DNA of 63,633 nt, counting the filler, from Octopus bimaculoides (taxonomy: Eukaryota): NCBI RefSeq assembly GCF_001194135.2. It is 5 parts of 5 records of this genome, joined end to end, with 100 filler letters (N's around TTAATTAATTAA, not from the genome) between each part and the next. Parts side by side here need not be neighbours in the genome. Positions count along the whole stretch, not along the records: positions 1 to 28,602 come from NC_068981.1; 4 more parts are not named here. The stretch is one strand, 5' to 3'. Positions 1 to 11,617 of the stretch are shown here, in pieces (the stretch's first letter is position 1; each line of letters opens with the position of its first letter). Under the pieces are notes generated by a model. The model saw nothing but the letters and a program-made list of their open reading frames with translations, was not told where the DNA came from and did no database searches. The translations under genes were made by a program, and so were the position numbers.

Positions 1-1061
1 CATCTCCAGCCTTTAGAGATTCATTGTCATTGTTCAACGTCAGTGTGGTTCTCCATGATCTCATACTTACAGATAAAAAGTTTCGCATAGTAGGAGCTAT
101 CTTATACATATCCAGACATTTCCTAATCTAGCTATGTGGTAGGCTATCAAAGGCCTTTTTATAGTCTATCCAGGCTATTGACGAGTTTTTGGCTTTTAAT
201 ACTTGCTTTGGGCAGCACAGATTAGGGTCTCCGTTTTTTCTCTGTCAGTCTTATCTTCAACATCCCTATGAAATTGTCCATGCATTCTTTCTTTATCCAC
301 CTATTTTCAGTTTCATTCATTCTCAAGTGCTTGTACAATGTTTTATTTTTGAAATCTTCCATCCTACACAAACCTGACCTTCTTACTTCCAATAATAGTG
401 GTCCTGTGGCATTTTTTACATACCACGATATGTTTTCTTCTGCTCTAACGCTGTGTTTGCATCCAGCCAGTCTTTTCCCTCTTTTTCTTGGTACATACAG
501 TCTGTCTGTGTCTCTTTTTGGGTGGAGTATCCTATATCTTGTCAGCAACTTCCTTGTTTTTCTGTTTAATCTGTTTAGTTTGTCGACTGTCCATGCGATT
601 CCCCCTGCTCCATATCTAAGGAGTGTTGATAGCTTCAATCTTATTCAGTCCGTTTAATTTCGACTTAAGGATCACTCTCAGTCTGCGCAAGTACTTCACC
701 TTACATTTTTCTGTCATTTCTTTCTCCATTAATTTATCCATTTCCAATATCCCCAAGTACTTATAGCCCGTCTCTTCTATCTGCTAGCCCGTTTATACGT
801 TTTATTTTATCTCTCTCAAGACTAACACACCACACCTTTTCAGTCCGAACTCTATTCTGATATCAGCACTGAATGTATACACCGTTTCAACGAGGGAACT
901 GACTTGGGATTTATCTTTACCATAAAGTTTGAAGTCATCCATGAATAACAGATGGTTGACTTTTTATTCGCGGCTCTTGAATACATACCCAGCTTTTGCT
1001 TTCCTCAGAATCAGTGTTAGTGGTATCAAGCACAGTAAAAAGATCAGTGGGGATAGGAAGT
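1..1061 (-). mobile_element. Non-LTR retrotransposon reverse transcriptase fragment, R4/Dong-like, frameshifted
   Basis: Minus-strand translation gives NHLLFMDDFKLYGKD (RT catalytic motif, ~915-960), YKYLG (751-765) and ORF 222-638 with RKTRKLLT...HPKRDTDRLYVPRKRG, typical of the post-RT region of R4-type elements; clade call is by motif recognition only. Confidence 0.8.
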
Positions 1062-1699
1062 NNNNNNNNNNNNNNNNNNNNNNNNNNNNNNNNNNNNNNN
1101 NNNNNNNNNNNNNNNNNNNNNNNNNNNNNNNNNNNNNNNNNNNNNNNNNNNNNNNNNNNNNNNNNNNNNNNNNNNNNNNNNNNNNNNNNNNNNNNNNNNN
1201 NNNNNNNNNNNNNNNNNNNNNNNNNNNNNNNNNNNNNNNNNNNNNNNNNNNNNNNNNNNNNNNNNNNNNNNNNNNNNNNNNNNNNNNNNNNNNNNNNNNN
1301 NNNNNNNNNNNNNNNNNNNNNNNNNNNNNNNNNNNNNNNNNNNNNNNNNNNNNNNNNNNNNNNNNNNNNNNNNNNNNNNNNNNNNNNNNNNNNNNNNNNN
1401 NNNNNNNNNNNNNNNNNNNNNNNNNNNNNNNNNNNNNNNNNNNNNNNNNNNNNNNNNNNNNNNNNNNNNNNNNNNNNNNNNNNNNNNNNNNNNNNNNNNN
1501 NNNNNNNNNNNNNNNNNNNNNNNNNNNNNNNNNNNNNNNNNNNNNNNNNNNNNNNNNNNNNNNNNNNNNNNNNNNNNNNNNNNNNNNNNNNNNNNNNNNN
1601 NNNNNNNNNNNNNNNNNNNNNNNNNNNNNNNNNNNNNNNNNNNNNNNNNNNNNNNNNNNNNNNNNNNNNNNNNNNNNNNNCTATGATAGGAATTGTTAT

Positions 1700-1725
1700 T
1701 ATTATTATTATTAATAATAATAATG

Positions 1726-1787
<62 letters not shown>
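1700..1787. repeat. (ATT)n/(AAT)n microsatellite
   Basis: Direct reading. Confidence 0.95.
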
Positions 1788-1788
<1 letters not shown>

Positions 1789-2248
1789 TTCTGGTGGAGG
1801 CATAAGGTTGTGATATAATAATAGGTTGAAGCCCTTTCTAATATGAGTTGTTACTGCTGTTGTTATAGTATCGGGTATCATTTATATATTATTAGTGTTG
1901 TGATATTTTATCAGGTATAGATCAACTAGAACATGTATTGTTTGCAGAGAGCGTATTGTTTGATTTGTGCTATTGAAGTAAAGATGTATTATGTGGAATA
2001 TGAGCTGTGTTAAGTCCTGGTATGATTTAGGTGCTTTCCATCATGTTTATTGTATCATACTTACGGTTCCGATATCATATTTACGGAATGTACCGTCCTC
2101 TAATGTGAGTGGTAGGCATATTCTATGTACACCACCTTTAGGGTAGTTGACATCCGATCGGTCTCAATAGTTTCCTGGTTTTATGCGTAAACTTTTCAGC
2201 GCACTTCCTGCTTTTTATGATGAAGCTGTTTGTAAATGGATAGGCATG

Positions 2249-2301
<53 letters not shown>

Positions 2302-2409
2302 ATATGTACGTTTCCATAAATATATATGTGTGTGTGCGCGCGCGCGTGCGTGTGTGTGCATTCATTGAATTCAGTTTTTAATATTAGTCAAACTTTTCTG
2401 TAGTTCACT

Positions 2410-3725
2410 GGTGCAGGTGTCGCTGTGTGCTTCCCTGCCATATAATTTTGGGTTCAATCCCTCCACGTGGCACGTCGGTCACGTGTTCTCTATTATAACC
2501 CCCGACCGACAAAAGTCTGGTGAGTAGATTTGATAGACGGAAACTATGTGAGCTATCCGGAAAGTCCTGAGTGCTTTTTAATGTGCAAAAAGAGATATAG
2601 ATAATTGACCTTTCAATAATTCATTCAATGAAATAATCTCAGTTATTATTAATATTCTTTGCCCATCTATCAGACAATTTAAATATTCCATCAGTATAAA
2701 ATGTAACTGGTTTTGAGGAAAAAAAATTATCTAGATGCATTTTGACTCAATCTAAATTGTTAATATCAGGAGAATATCAAGAGATCCCAGCCAAGTTCAT
2801 GTAACTTTGTTCCGGCACTGTCTTGTCGGAATACTACCTTTTCCTGTCGGCAATCTCCGGCCTCGATTCTTTGATTCTTTTGGTTCAAATTAGCCAACTG
2901 ACAACAGTACACATCAGAATTAATGGTCTGGTTTTGTGGGAGAAACTTGTAATAAATAATGCCTTAATGATCCCACCAAACACAAAGCATAGCGTTTTGT
3001 TGTTTTGGGAGATCCTTTCGCAAACCCCCGGATCTTTTTCGCACTACATTTTCGTACGCAATCTATTTTTCATCTCCAGACACAAGTTGTTTCAAAAAAG
3101 GTATGCTTTCATTCCATTTCAATAGCTTATCACAAACGGGATACCGGTCCAAGCAATTCTTTCCTGAGAGTTTGTTAGGGACCCATACATTATAGCGAGA
3201 AATGTAATCTAGCTTCATTAGATGTTCATGAGCCGTAGTACTCTTAGAAACTTCCAGCTTCTCATCAAGTTCTCTAGTCGTGATATTTGAGTTTTCTTCG
3301 ACTTTTGCCTCCAATAAATCTTCATCCAATTTTGGAGGTCTTCCTCAGTGACTGCCATCTTCTAAGCTAAACTCTCCAGCTTTAAATCTTGCAAACAACC
3401 TTCAAACAGTTAATTCACCAACAGCATCATCACCATAAACTTCACAAAAAATGTTTACAAGTCTTTGCAGTATTTTCTTCTTTTGTTAAAAAAGAAAAAA
3501 ACATTACAACGCGAATATGAAATTTTTGGCTATCAATTTCAAATGTCAATAAAGGGTGACCGGAATGAAAGATAAATCTGTTTTTAGTCAGGAACAAAGA
3601 AGAGATGCACTACCACTTCAAACAACGCCAAAGTTTTAACTGTGTTATGTTTCAGGTGTGTTCAATGAAATGTTAAAAGATTTAATTTAAAAACGCTCAG
3701 AACTTTTCGGACAACGTAATGCGTG

Positions 3726-3769
<44 letters not shown>

Positions 3770-3975
3770 CATGTCTGAGTGTGTGAGGGTGTGTGGAGTG
3801 GGATGGGATGGGGTGCGGTGTTCTTGTTTGTCCCCACCATCGCTTGACAACTTGTGTTCGTTTGATTATGTCTGTATCTTATCGGTTCGGCAAAAAGGGC
3901 CGATAGAATACGAGTAAGTAAACTCTTTAATGTGGTGCCTCAGCAAGGCCGAAGTCCAAAGACTGAAATAAGCAA
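2410..3975 (+). mobile_element. SINE family B copy, old, split by a mariner insertion
   Basis: Head half ending ...gatagacggaaacTA (2410-2546) and 3' half (ttgtccccaccatcgcttgacaac...cggttcggcaaaaagggccgatagaata...gactgaaat, ~3720-3975) match intact copies at 56758-57160. Confidence 0.75.
2547..3720 (-). mobile_element. Mariner DNA transposon, near full length, decayed
   Basis: ORF 3063-3329 (ITTRELDEKLEVSKST...WVPNKLS...KQLVSGDEK) is mariner transposase; C-terminal SKPVTFYTDGIFKLSDRW at ~2660-2720; imperfect TIRs tatccggaaagtcctgagtgc (~2554) and gctcagaacttttcggacaac (~3696); left TA at 2545-2546. Confidence 0.88.
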
Positions 3976-4098
3976 AATATAAATAATAAAAAGTGCAGTT
4001 TTCTAATTTTTGTTCTACACTTCTCTGTGTTGTATATTTCTACTTTCTCCTACTCTGTACTCTAATTCTCTCATTTTGAGGTCTGTGTTTATATTTAA

Positions 4099-4361
4099 TA
4101 CTAGCAGAGATACCCGGCATTGCTCAGAATTAAATGGCCTAGTTTGTATATATATTACAGCAATGTTGAAACATGTGATACGGGAAAATGCAGCATTGGC
4201 GACAAAACATTTGTGAAGTAATTGATGGGCTAATTCGACTAAGCGACATGTCATGTGTCTGTTTGGAGGATTCCAGGACCTAACCTGTCATGGAAAATTG
4301 GGGGTGGGGTGTATATGATTTTTGAACGCACCGAAAAGCTGTCAGTGGATATACTCTCTTT
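4099..4361 (+). mobile_element. Possible Helentron-associated (HINE/DINE-like) non-autonomous element
   Basis: Starts with actagcagagatacccggcattgctcag, resembling HINE 5' ends; no coding evidence. Confidence 0.3.
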
Positions 4362-5010
4362 TGCTAGCTTTATTAATATCGTTATAGGTTTGTGGTCTAG
4401 CCTTGGTGTAATTGTTGATGATGCTGTGATATAGGAGTCGTGAATTTGTGCTGTTCTCTACTAAGTATAAGTTTTTGGTTTTATCAGAAAAAAGTGCCTT
4501 TTGTTTTTCGTAAGTCTTTCAACACTTTCCAACAGAAACTGAAAAAAAGATATCAATTACATAAAAAATTCCAAACAAAAGGCACTTTTTTCCGATAAAA
4601 CCAAGAACTTATACTTAGTAGAGAACAGCACATATTCACGACTTCTACATAACAGCATCATCAATAATTACACCAAGGCTAGACCACAAACCTATAACGA
4701 TATTAATAAAGAAGCTAGCAATGTCGCAGCCAGACTCAAATTAGATAATAAAAAAAATAGAGGTCCTTCCCAAAAAAGAGGCCTTTATAGCTATCAAAGA
4801 TCATAAAAAGAACTTCCTATCTAATCCTAAGTGTAGGCTTATGAACCCAGCTAAATCAGAAATTGGTATTATTAGTAAAGAAATTTTAGGGAAAATCAAT
4901 GCGGGAGTCAGGAATGCCACTAAGTTAGTACAATGGTCCAATAGTATAGAAGTCATCGACTGGTTTAAAGCTATTAAGAATAAGAATAAAGAAATTTACG
5001 CAGTTTGATA
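4362..5010 (+). mobile_element. Penelope-like element RT fragment with inverted 5' duplication
   Basis: Plus-strand ~4512-5010 reads FQQKLK.DINYIKNSKQKALFSDKTKNLY...INKEASNVAARLKLD.IEVLPKKEAFIAIKDHKKNFLSNPKCRLMNPAKSEIG...[27 protein letters not shown] (with frameshifts); 4362-4506 is the reverse complement of 4573-4719. Confidence 0.85.
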
Positions 5011-5013
5011 TTG

Positions 5014-5081
<68 letters not shown>

Positions 5082-5132
5082 TGAATACATATACTGTATA
5101 TATACATATATTATACACATGAATACATAGAT

Positions 5133-5172
<40 letters not shown>

Positions 5173-5310
5173 GAGTTGGGGTGGGGAGTTAGTTTACGAA
5201 CGAAATTCTTAGCTTAAAGCTCGAAGAAATGGAAATTATAACTTTTCGAACATTGTCATTTATTGGAAAGGTGTGTAAAGTAGAAAGTGACAAGGCGAGA
5301 AAGAGGTAAA

Positions 5311-5468
5311 ACGGAAAGAAATAAAAGTAAAAATCGAGGCGAAATGGCCACGTAAAGCCTTACCTCATTCATATACATACATGAACATACATACAGACAT
5401 ACATACATGAGTAAGGTAAGCTTCACGTAGGCGTTTTTGCCTCGATTGTTCTTTTTATTTTCCTCCGT
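5311..5468. repeat. Degenerate foldback repeat centred on a (CATA)n tract
   Basis: 5311-5372 and 5407-5468 are diverged reverse complements (aatcgaggcgaaatggccacgtaaagccttacctca vs tgagtaaggtaagcttcacgtaggcgtttttgcctcgatt). Confidence 0.5.
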
Positions 5469-5744
5469 TTGTTGAGTTCTTTTCTATTTTCTTCACACTA
5501 CACGCAATTTCGAAGAATGTGTGTGTGCGTGCACGTGTGTGAATGTACGCGCGTGCGCGTACGCGCGTGCAACCATGGTGGAGTAGGTGTATTGATAATG
5601 GAGTGTCCTGTCGTGACAGATGAGTTACCCGCAACTTTTTGCAGAACAATCTGCACAAATTATTTGTTTGTAATGATCTATTATTTGTGCTGCACGTAAG
5701 ATAACTCCTTCTATCAAATCGACATTGCCAATACAGGTGCATGG

Positions 5745-5862
5745 CGTGTCGTATGCCACATGTAGAAATGAAGTGTTTTGTTCGAGAACACAACGCGTCA
5801 CCAGGAATCGAAATCACAATCTTGCGACCTTGAGTGCAATACTGCTAGGCCACGCGCCTTCA
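5745..5862 (-). mobile_element. SINE family C head fragment
   Basis: gaaatgaagtgttttgttcgagaacacaacgcgtcaccaggaatcgaaatc...ccacgcgccttcac matches the head of copies at 35008-35335 and 36504-36825. Confidence 0.6.
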
Positions 5863-6169
5863 CTATGTATTTTTGTGTGTGTATTTTTTGTGTTCATACA
5901 TATACATATACATTCATATTGTGTATCTATCAACATACGCACATAGATACATAGGTACACATACGCATATCTATACATACATACATGCCAAAAAAAGATA
6001 TAAAACAAAATCTACTGCACGATATCAATAGCAAACGTACTAGCAGCAAAAGCAACAGTACAAGGGATAAAACAAGAAAAGGATTTTTTAAGGGTCCAGG
6101 AAAAGGATAGATAAGAATGATTGTAGTTTCTGCGTTTCACCCTTAACTTGCCATACTAAGATTAGACTT

Positions 6170-7260
6170 ATAAATATGACTTGGAATTGGCCTGGAAGCA
6201 GTGATACCTAGCTAACAACCTCTGGCCACTAGGCATTTCCACACGAATTTTCGAGATGCTCTCTCACTCTCTTCCCTTCTAGTCGACGACGAGGTTCATT
6301 CCATGTTTTCTCGGCTAGGGTCAAGTGGGGTGGCAGAAAGCCCTACATCTGTTTCCATATCCAATTAGTACGACCTTTCTAGATCTAAACGGCATTAGTT
6401 CTGAATATGAAGAACAGGAATGTTGACAGTAATGCTTTCAGACTAGTGGCCGTTTATGCTCCAACAAGAACAAAGAGGCCTGATTTCTTTAGACGTTTTT
6501 AAATATTCCTCGGAATATCTCACTCAGTTATTGTGACCAACTGGAATAGAATCTTAGACCTACGAAGAAACTGTGTGGGTGAAGTCGGTAGGAGAGAGAG
6601 TGTATAAGCCTTGTGAATTATCTCAGAAACTCTAGCTGCCTAACAGGCGTCGCCTGGATTATCCTAATGCATAATTGTTGACTGTAAAAGTCTGCAGCAG
6701 AACATTCAGGTAGTATTTAAATAAATTTTTGACCAGATTATCCGTTAAGTTTATCGAAATTTGCCTACACAAATTCGTATTTTTGTACAGTGAATATAGC
6801 CATGACAAGCAGTAAGAGACTCTGAAACTTAGAGAAGCAACTCGTATCCTAGGCGATGAAGTAATAATTGAGAAAGGTAGAGTAGAAGGGGGAGTCAGTA
6901 AATCAATTGGAGGTGGTGCAAAGAAGCGGTATCATAAACGACGTGCCAGCGACGAGAATGTCCTCTTAATTCTTCGAGACGAAACATGAATGATGCAATG
7001 CTGGTGCTAGATCGTGTACTTTGAAACACAGGAGTCCCAAAAACAGTTCGATAAGCCCGGGTAATGGAAGTGCAGCGAAACAACAAAGCAAAATTTTGAT
7101 TCCGGATAGACCACGACTGGCACATGCTGTCAGATTCCAAGATGAGCGAGGCTTTCTGGAGATATGTGATCAAACATTTTGCAAGGAGCGTTGGACTGGA
7201 AATGTTGGTCTTCCATTGGTGAGTCTCGACCAAAGTTGCAAAGATCAGCAAGCTTTCATT
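6170..7260 (+). mobile_element. L1/Tx1-like LINE endonuclease region, heavily decayed
   Basis: AFRLVAVYAPT...PDFFRRF.IFL...NWNRILD at ~6432-6565 resembles Tx1 APE domain; many stops. Confidence 0.55.
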
Positions 7261-7272
7261 TCTTGTATGAAT

Positions 7273-7380
<108 letters not shown>

Positions 7381-7439
7381 AGCGGGAGATCCTTTCGATT
7401 TCTTCCAACCACAAATTTTAGTATGAAAATTTTCAAAAA

Positions 7440-8170
7440 ATGTACTTTTGATATAGTTATGCATGCTAATGACGAATACCGCATTCATTATTTTGGAAAA
7501 TTTATAACAAACAAGTTAGAAGCATTAAAAGTTGACAACGGAGGTCGGAACTGTTTGTTGTCATAGGAACTCCGCTTCATTATTTGTTTCATTTCATGGC
7601 TGCGTATACTGGAGATGTAATAGTAATGTTGAGTGTCTGTGTACATTAGAAGAGACACGTGGCTGGAAGGGGGAACCCTTCCATTTAGAAGTTTAATTTT
7701 ATTTATCTAATCCTGGTTCAGTGTTGACGACGACTAGGTTTTGATAGGACGAACTAGGGATTGGTGCAGCTGCGGCAGTAGATTATGAAAATTATTTACG
7801 GGAATTTTACGCTGAAATTTGCTCCAATGAAGATTGGAGGTCCAGGCAGAATTGTAGAAACAGACGAAACATTCTTTTCGAGAAGAAAGTACAACCGTGG
7901 TCGAATAATGTTACCCGAACAGTGGATTTTCGGCAGTGTGTCACGAAACACAAGAATTTTTTCTTTTCACCATACCTACTCGAGATCCGTAGCACACTCG
8001 AAGATTGCATTCGTCAATCAATTCTGCTGAGAGCAACTAATTACCGTGATTTGTGACGTGTATACTTGCATATTCCTGAGATACCAGGGTACCATTTTCG
8101 TCACAGCTCTGTACCGCAGCATTGAGTTTGTAAACTTGCAAGACGGGAACCATACTCAGCAAGTAGAAGG
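7440..8170 (+). mobile_element. Merlin (ISXO2-like DDE) transposase remnant
   Basis: ORF 7785-8030 contains [25 protein letters not shown]...QWIFG, the ISXO2/Merlin signature. Confidence 0.8.
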
Positions 8171-8410
8171 CACTCGACTCGTTTCTCTGCCTGTTTATGT
8201 GGCACCGCAGGCGTGAAAAAATGATTTGTTTGAATTTGAAAAGATACTGAGTGCATAGCCCAATTTCGTGAAATTAATAACATTCTGCGACATAGTTTTA
8301 TTTCATTGTTTTCTGCTATTGATGTTCATGTGTTTTCGTTTCATTTCGGCTATTATTTCTTATGGCAAGTCGAAAGCAAGACTTGTGACAATAATATTAT
8401 TATTATTCCA

Positions 8411-8725
8411 GGTTCTGAGTTCAAATTCCAACTAAGTCAATTTTGCCTTTCATCCTTTCAGGGTCGATAAATTAAGTACTAGTTACAGACAGGTGTCGAT
8501 CTAATCGACTGGCCCCCTCCCCCAAAATTTCGGGCCTTGTGCCTAGAGTAGAAAAGAATAATATTATTATTATCCCAGGTTCTGAATTCAAATTCCGCCG
8601 AGGTCGACTTTGCCTTTCATCCTTTCGGTGTCGATAAAAGAATTACCCGTTGAATACTGGGGTCAATGCAATCGACTTACCCCTCCCCGAAATTGCTGGC
8701 CTTGTGCCAAAATTTTAAATCAATA
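8411..8725 (+). mobile_element. Two 5'-truncated SINE family A copies in tandem
   Basis: gttctgagttcaaattcc...ttgcctttcatcctttc...gtcgataaattaagtac...ggccttgtgcc, at 8411-8558 and 8578-8725, separated by (TAT)n tail. Confidence 0.9.
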
Positions 8726-8824
8726 ATATCATTATTATTCTAATTGTATATGATTGTAAATCTTCAAGTGCTTGGTAGAAAACAAAAATAGTTTTAAAAA
8801 ATCATTATTTCATTTTTTTATTGT

Positions 8825-8861
<37 letters not shown>

Positions 8862-8989
8862 NNNNNNNNNNNNNNNNNNNNNNNNNNNNNNNNNNNNNNN
8901 NNNNNNNNNNNNNNNNNNNNNNNATTGAATTATTCTTTATTGTTTTTTCATTAATATTCACCCACTTCCCCTTTCTCCTTCTCCCCTAT

Positions 8990-8990
8990 A

Positions 8991-9055
<65 letters not shown>

Positions 9056-9057
9056 AT
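8990..9057 (+). repeat. (TAC)n microsatellite ending in a branch-point-like TACTAAT
   Basis: Direct reading; TACTAAT at 9051-9057, acceptor AG at 9078-9079. Confidence 0.85.
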
Positions 9058-9079
9058 GTTGAAATTCTCTCGTCCACAG

Positions 9080-9240
9080 AACACCTCTCTTCAAATTTTT
9101 GCGAGCATTTTCGAATTTTCTGATGACAGTCAACCACTCCATGAATTTTGTGATGTACTGTGCTTTCAACCGAAAGTTCTGCCGTGTCTTCCGCATGACC
9201 ATTCACAGGTGGTGTTCAGTGTTTGGTAAATTTTCTAGAA
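9080..9240 (+). CDS. Internal exon of a class A (rhodopsin-like) peptide GPCR, FMRFamide/sex-peptide-receptor-like: ECL3-TM7-helix 8
   Basis: Acceptor ctctcgtccacAG at 9078-9079, donor GTAAGT at 9241; phase 2 to phase 1; translates xTPLFKFLRAFSNFLMTVNHSMNFVMYCAFNRKFCRVFRMTIHRWCSVFGKFSR, with the N-x-S-x-N-F-x-x-Y TM7 motif of this receptor group. Frame is not in the ORF track. TM1-6 exons not found in the window (upstream or in gaps). Confidence 0.85.
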
Positions 9241-9725
9241 GTAAGTCTGATACAATTGAACACATATAAAAAAAAGGCAGACGTTAAAAAGTGAATTCAA
9301 ATAATAAAAAAGTGCAAAATACAAAAGCAAAACGGAATAAAAACAGGAAAAAAAAGCGGACCAGAAAAAGATAAAGAAACAATATGAACTGAAAACAATT
9401 TGATAAGTTATTGTATAAAACTGCCCAAAATACAGAAACATTATGCATTCTATGTCTTCTCTTTTAATGTTCCAGGTAGAAGACAACCACCTCTCAACCA
9501 TCACTCTTCTCTTCTTCGTATTTTCATTTTCTCTCGCTTTTTAAATCTCTCACTCACTCTGTCACATATTCTTTCAGTAAACTTTACCTCTTTTCATATC
9601 ATCTATACTATAATGCTTACATTTGCAATTTTAAATTCGCAATATCATTTCCATCTTTAATATTATAAAAGCAATTCTGTTTAAAATCACATTGCTTCAA
9701 TTCTTTAGATATTCTTCAAAAGTAG

Positions 9726-9880
9726 CTGTAAGGCCTTTAAGACTGCAAAACAGCCGTGACATGTTTACCCAAACCCCGCAGGTAAAAGACACATTAGCAA
9801 CAATGAGTTATTGTGACGGTTTTTCTTCCTCATTCATTGAAGATACCCAGCATTCAATATCTTGTCCACTACTAAGATGA
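9726..9880 (+). CDS. Candidate terminal exon (GPCR C-tail)
   Basis: AG at 9724-9725 gives a phase-1 join to 9240: (T)VRPLRLQNSRDMFTQTPQVKDTLATMSYCDGFSSSFIEDTQHSISCPLLR*, Ser/Thr-rich; but stronger AGs at 9474-9475 and 9707-9708 compete. Confidence 0.3.
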
Positions 9881-10202
9881 GCAATGCTTCGTTCAAACAA
9901 TTGCTACACAGAATGCGTTCAGAGAAAATTGTACTTTACACTTGTGGCTTCACTGATGACTAATGAGCCCAGCTCTTGATAGACATATACGTCTGCAGAC
10001 GAAACTCCATTCACTACACTGAGGGTGCGTTTTCGAGTAACTCGCATAAATTCAGCAAGCAAAATGCGTGTTACTTCAAGATTCTCCACTCAGTTCATGC
10101 ACACACACACACACACACACACACANNNNNNNNNNNNNNNNNNNNNNNNNNNNNNNNNNNNNNNNNNNNNNNNNNNNNNNNNNNNNNNNNNNNNNNNNNN
10201 NN

Positions 10203-10233
<31 letters not shown>

Positions 10234-10603
10234 AAAAGAAGAAAATGAAGAAATCGACATGCAGACACCAGTTTATTTAAAATATTCAAATCCATATAAT
10301 GAAATTCCAGCCCTACAGCTGTTTCCATATCCAATTAGTTCAATTACAGAAATTAACTTAATTTAATTTGAATTTTCATACTGGGTATTCTATCAAGAAA
10401 GAATTTACCAAAAAAGGACATTTCAACGTGTTGGTTGACCTACGACAGACTCAGATGTGTGTGTTTTAGAATGTGTGCGTTGTTTTAAATAACCGCTATT
10501 TTCATATAAACAAATACGTTTGATATATTTGTGGGCGTGCACATGTAACACATGATGGTTTTTATTGGTGTTGGTATAGTTGTTAGGGCGAAATAGATGT
10601 TAT

Positions 10604-10604
<1 letters not shown>

Positions 10605-10637
<33 letters not shown>

Positions 10638-10678
10638 AAGTGAGTGAGAGAGAAAGATGGTAGAGAGAGAGAAAGATG

Positions 10679-10712
<34 letters not shown>

Positions 10713-10755
10713 AAGTGAGTGAGAGAGAAAGATGGTAGAGAGAGAGAAAGATGGT

Positions 10756-10788
<33 letters not shown>

Positions 10789-10840
10789 GAGAGAGAGCGA
10801 GAGAGAGAGCGAGAGAGAGAGCGAGAGAGAGAGCGAGAGG
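10605..10840. repeat. Compound (GA)n tract with internal tandem duplication
   Basis: gagattaaagtgagtgagagagaaagatggtagagagagagaaagatggtag occurs twice. Confidence 0.9.
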
Positions 10841-11617
10841 GTGGTAACATTCATCAAGTAGTTGTGCATGCGTATGTTAAAAATACTGAAGACAACAAAA
10901 AATGTGACGTATCAAAACTGCTAGTTAATTACTAATCAACAGTGTTGCCTTATCAATATTTGTGCGTAAATCTACGGTCAATATAAACTTTGTAAACAAA
11001 AGCAAAACCTAGACATTACAAGATACTATTTATGGGTAATTTATATCAAGACTAAGTACACTAAAGTTGCAATTACTATTAAGATAATATGTTTTATCTC
11101 AAATTTAGTTTTATAAATTACTATAAGAATTTCAATGATATATTTATGAGAAATGTGCTTGATTGAATTTATAGTAAAATACCAATACGTTATCACGTAT
11201 GGAAGACATAACGTCCATCCACACAACAAGCGTTACGTAATCACTTTCATTAGCTTAAAGTTGTTGCTGCTATAAGCAGTGCACTCAGTGCTAAGTGCCT
11301 GTGCAACGTCCTACAGATTCATCGGACCCATTGCTGACTAAGACACGAGAAAGCAATTGAATCAACTTTACTTTCATACATATGAAACGAGGTAATCATC
11401 AATTGCAAGCACAAGACTTTTCGAACTTTAAATACTTTGACAAAGGACAACGGTTCTAACTTTACCTGAAACTAAATACCTTTCAAACTACAATCTGGAT
11501 GCAACACAAGGTATCATCTATACATTTACTGGGGTTTTCTTTTATATACCTAAAAGACTTCTGCTTCATGCATTTGTTTAGGAAGATTCTTGATGTGAAA
11601 TCGTGTGTTGAAACAGA

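Noticed and set aside
10228-10365. Protein-like frame EKEENEEIDMQTPVYLKYSNPYNEIPALQLFPYP
   Set aside because: No usable splice acceptor; begins directly after a (TA)n tract
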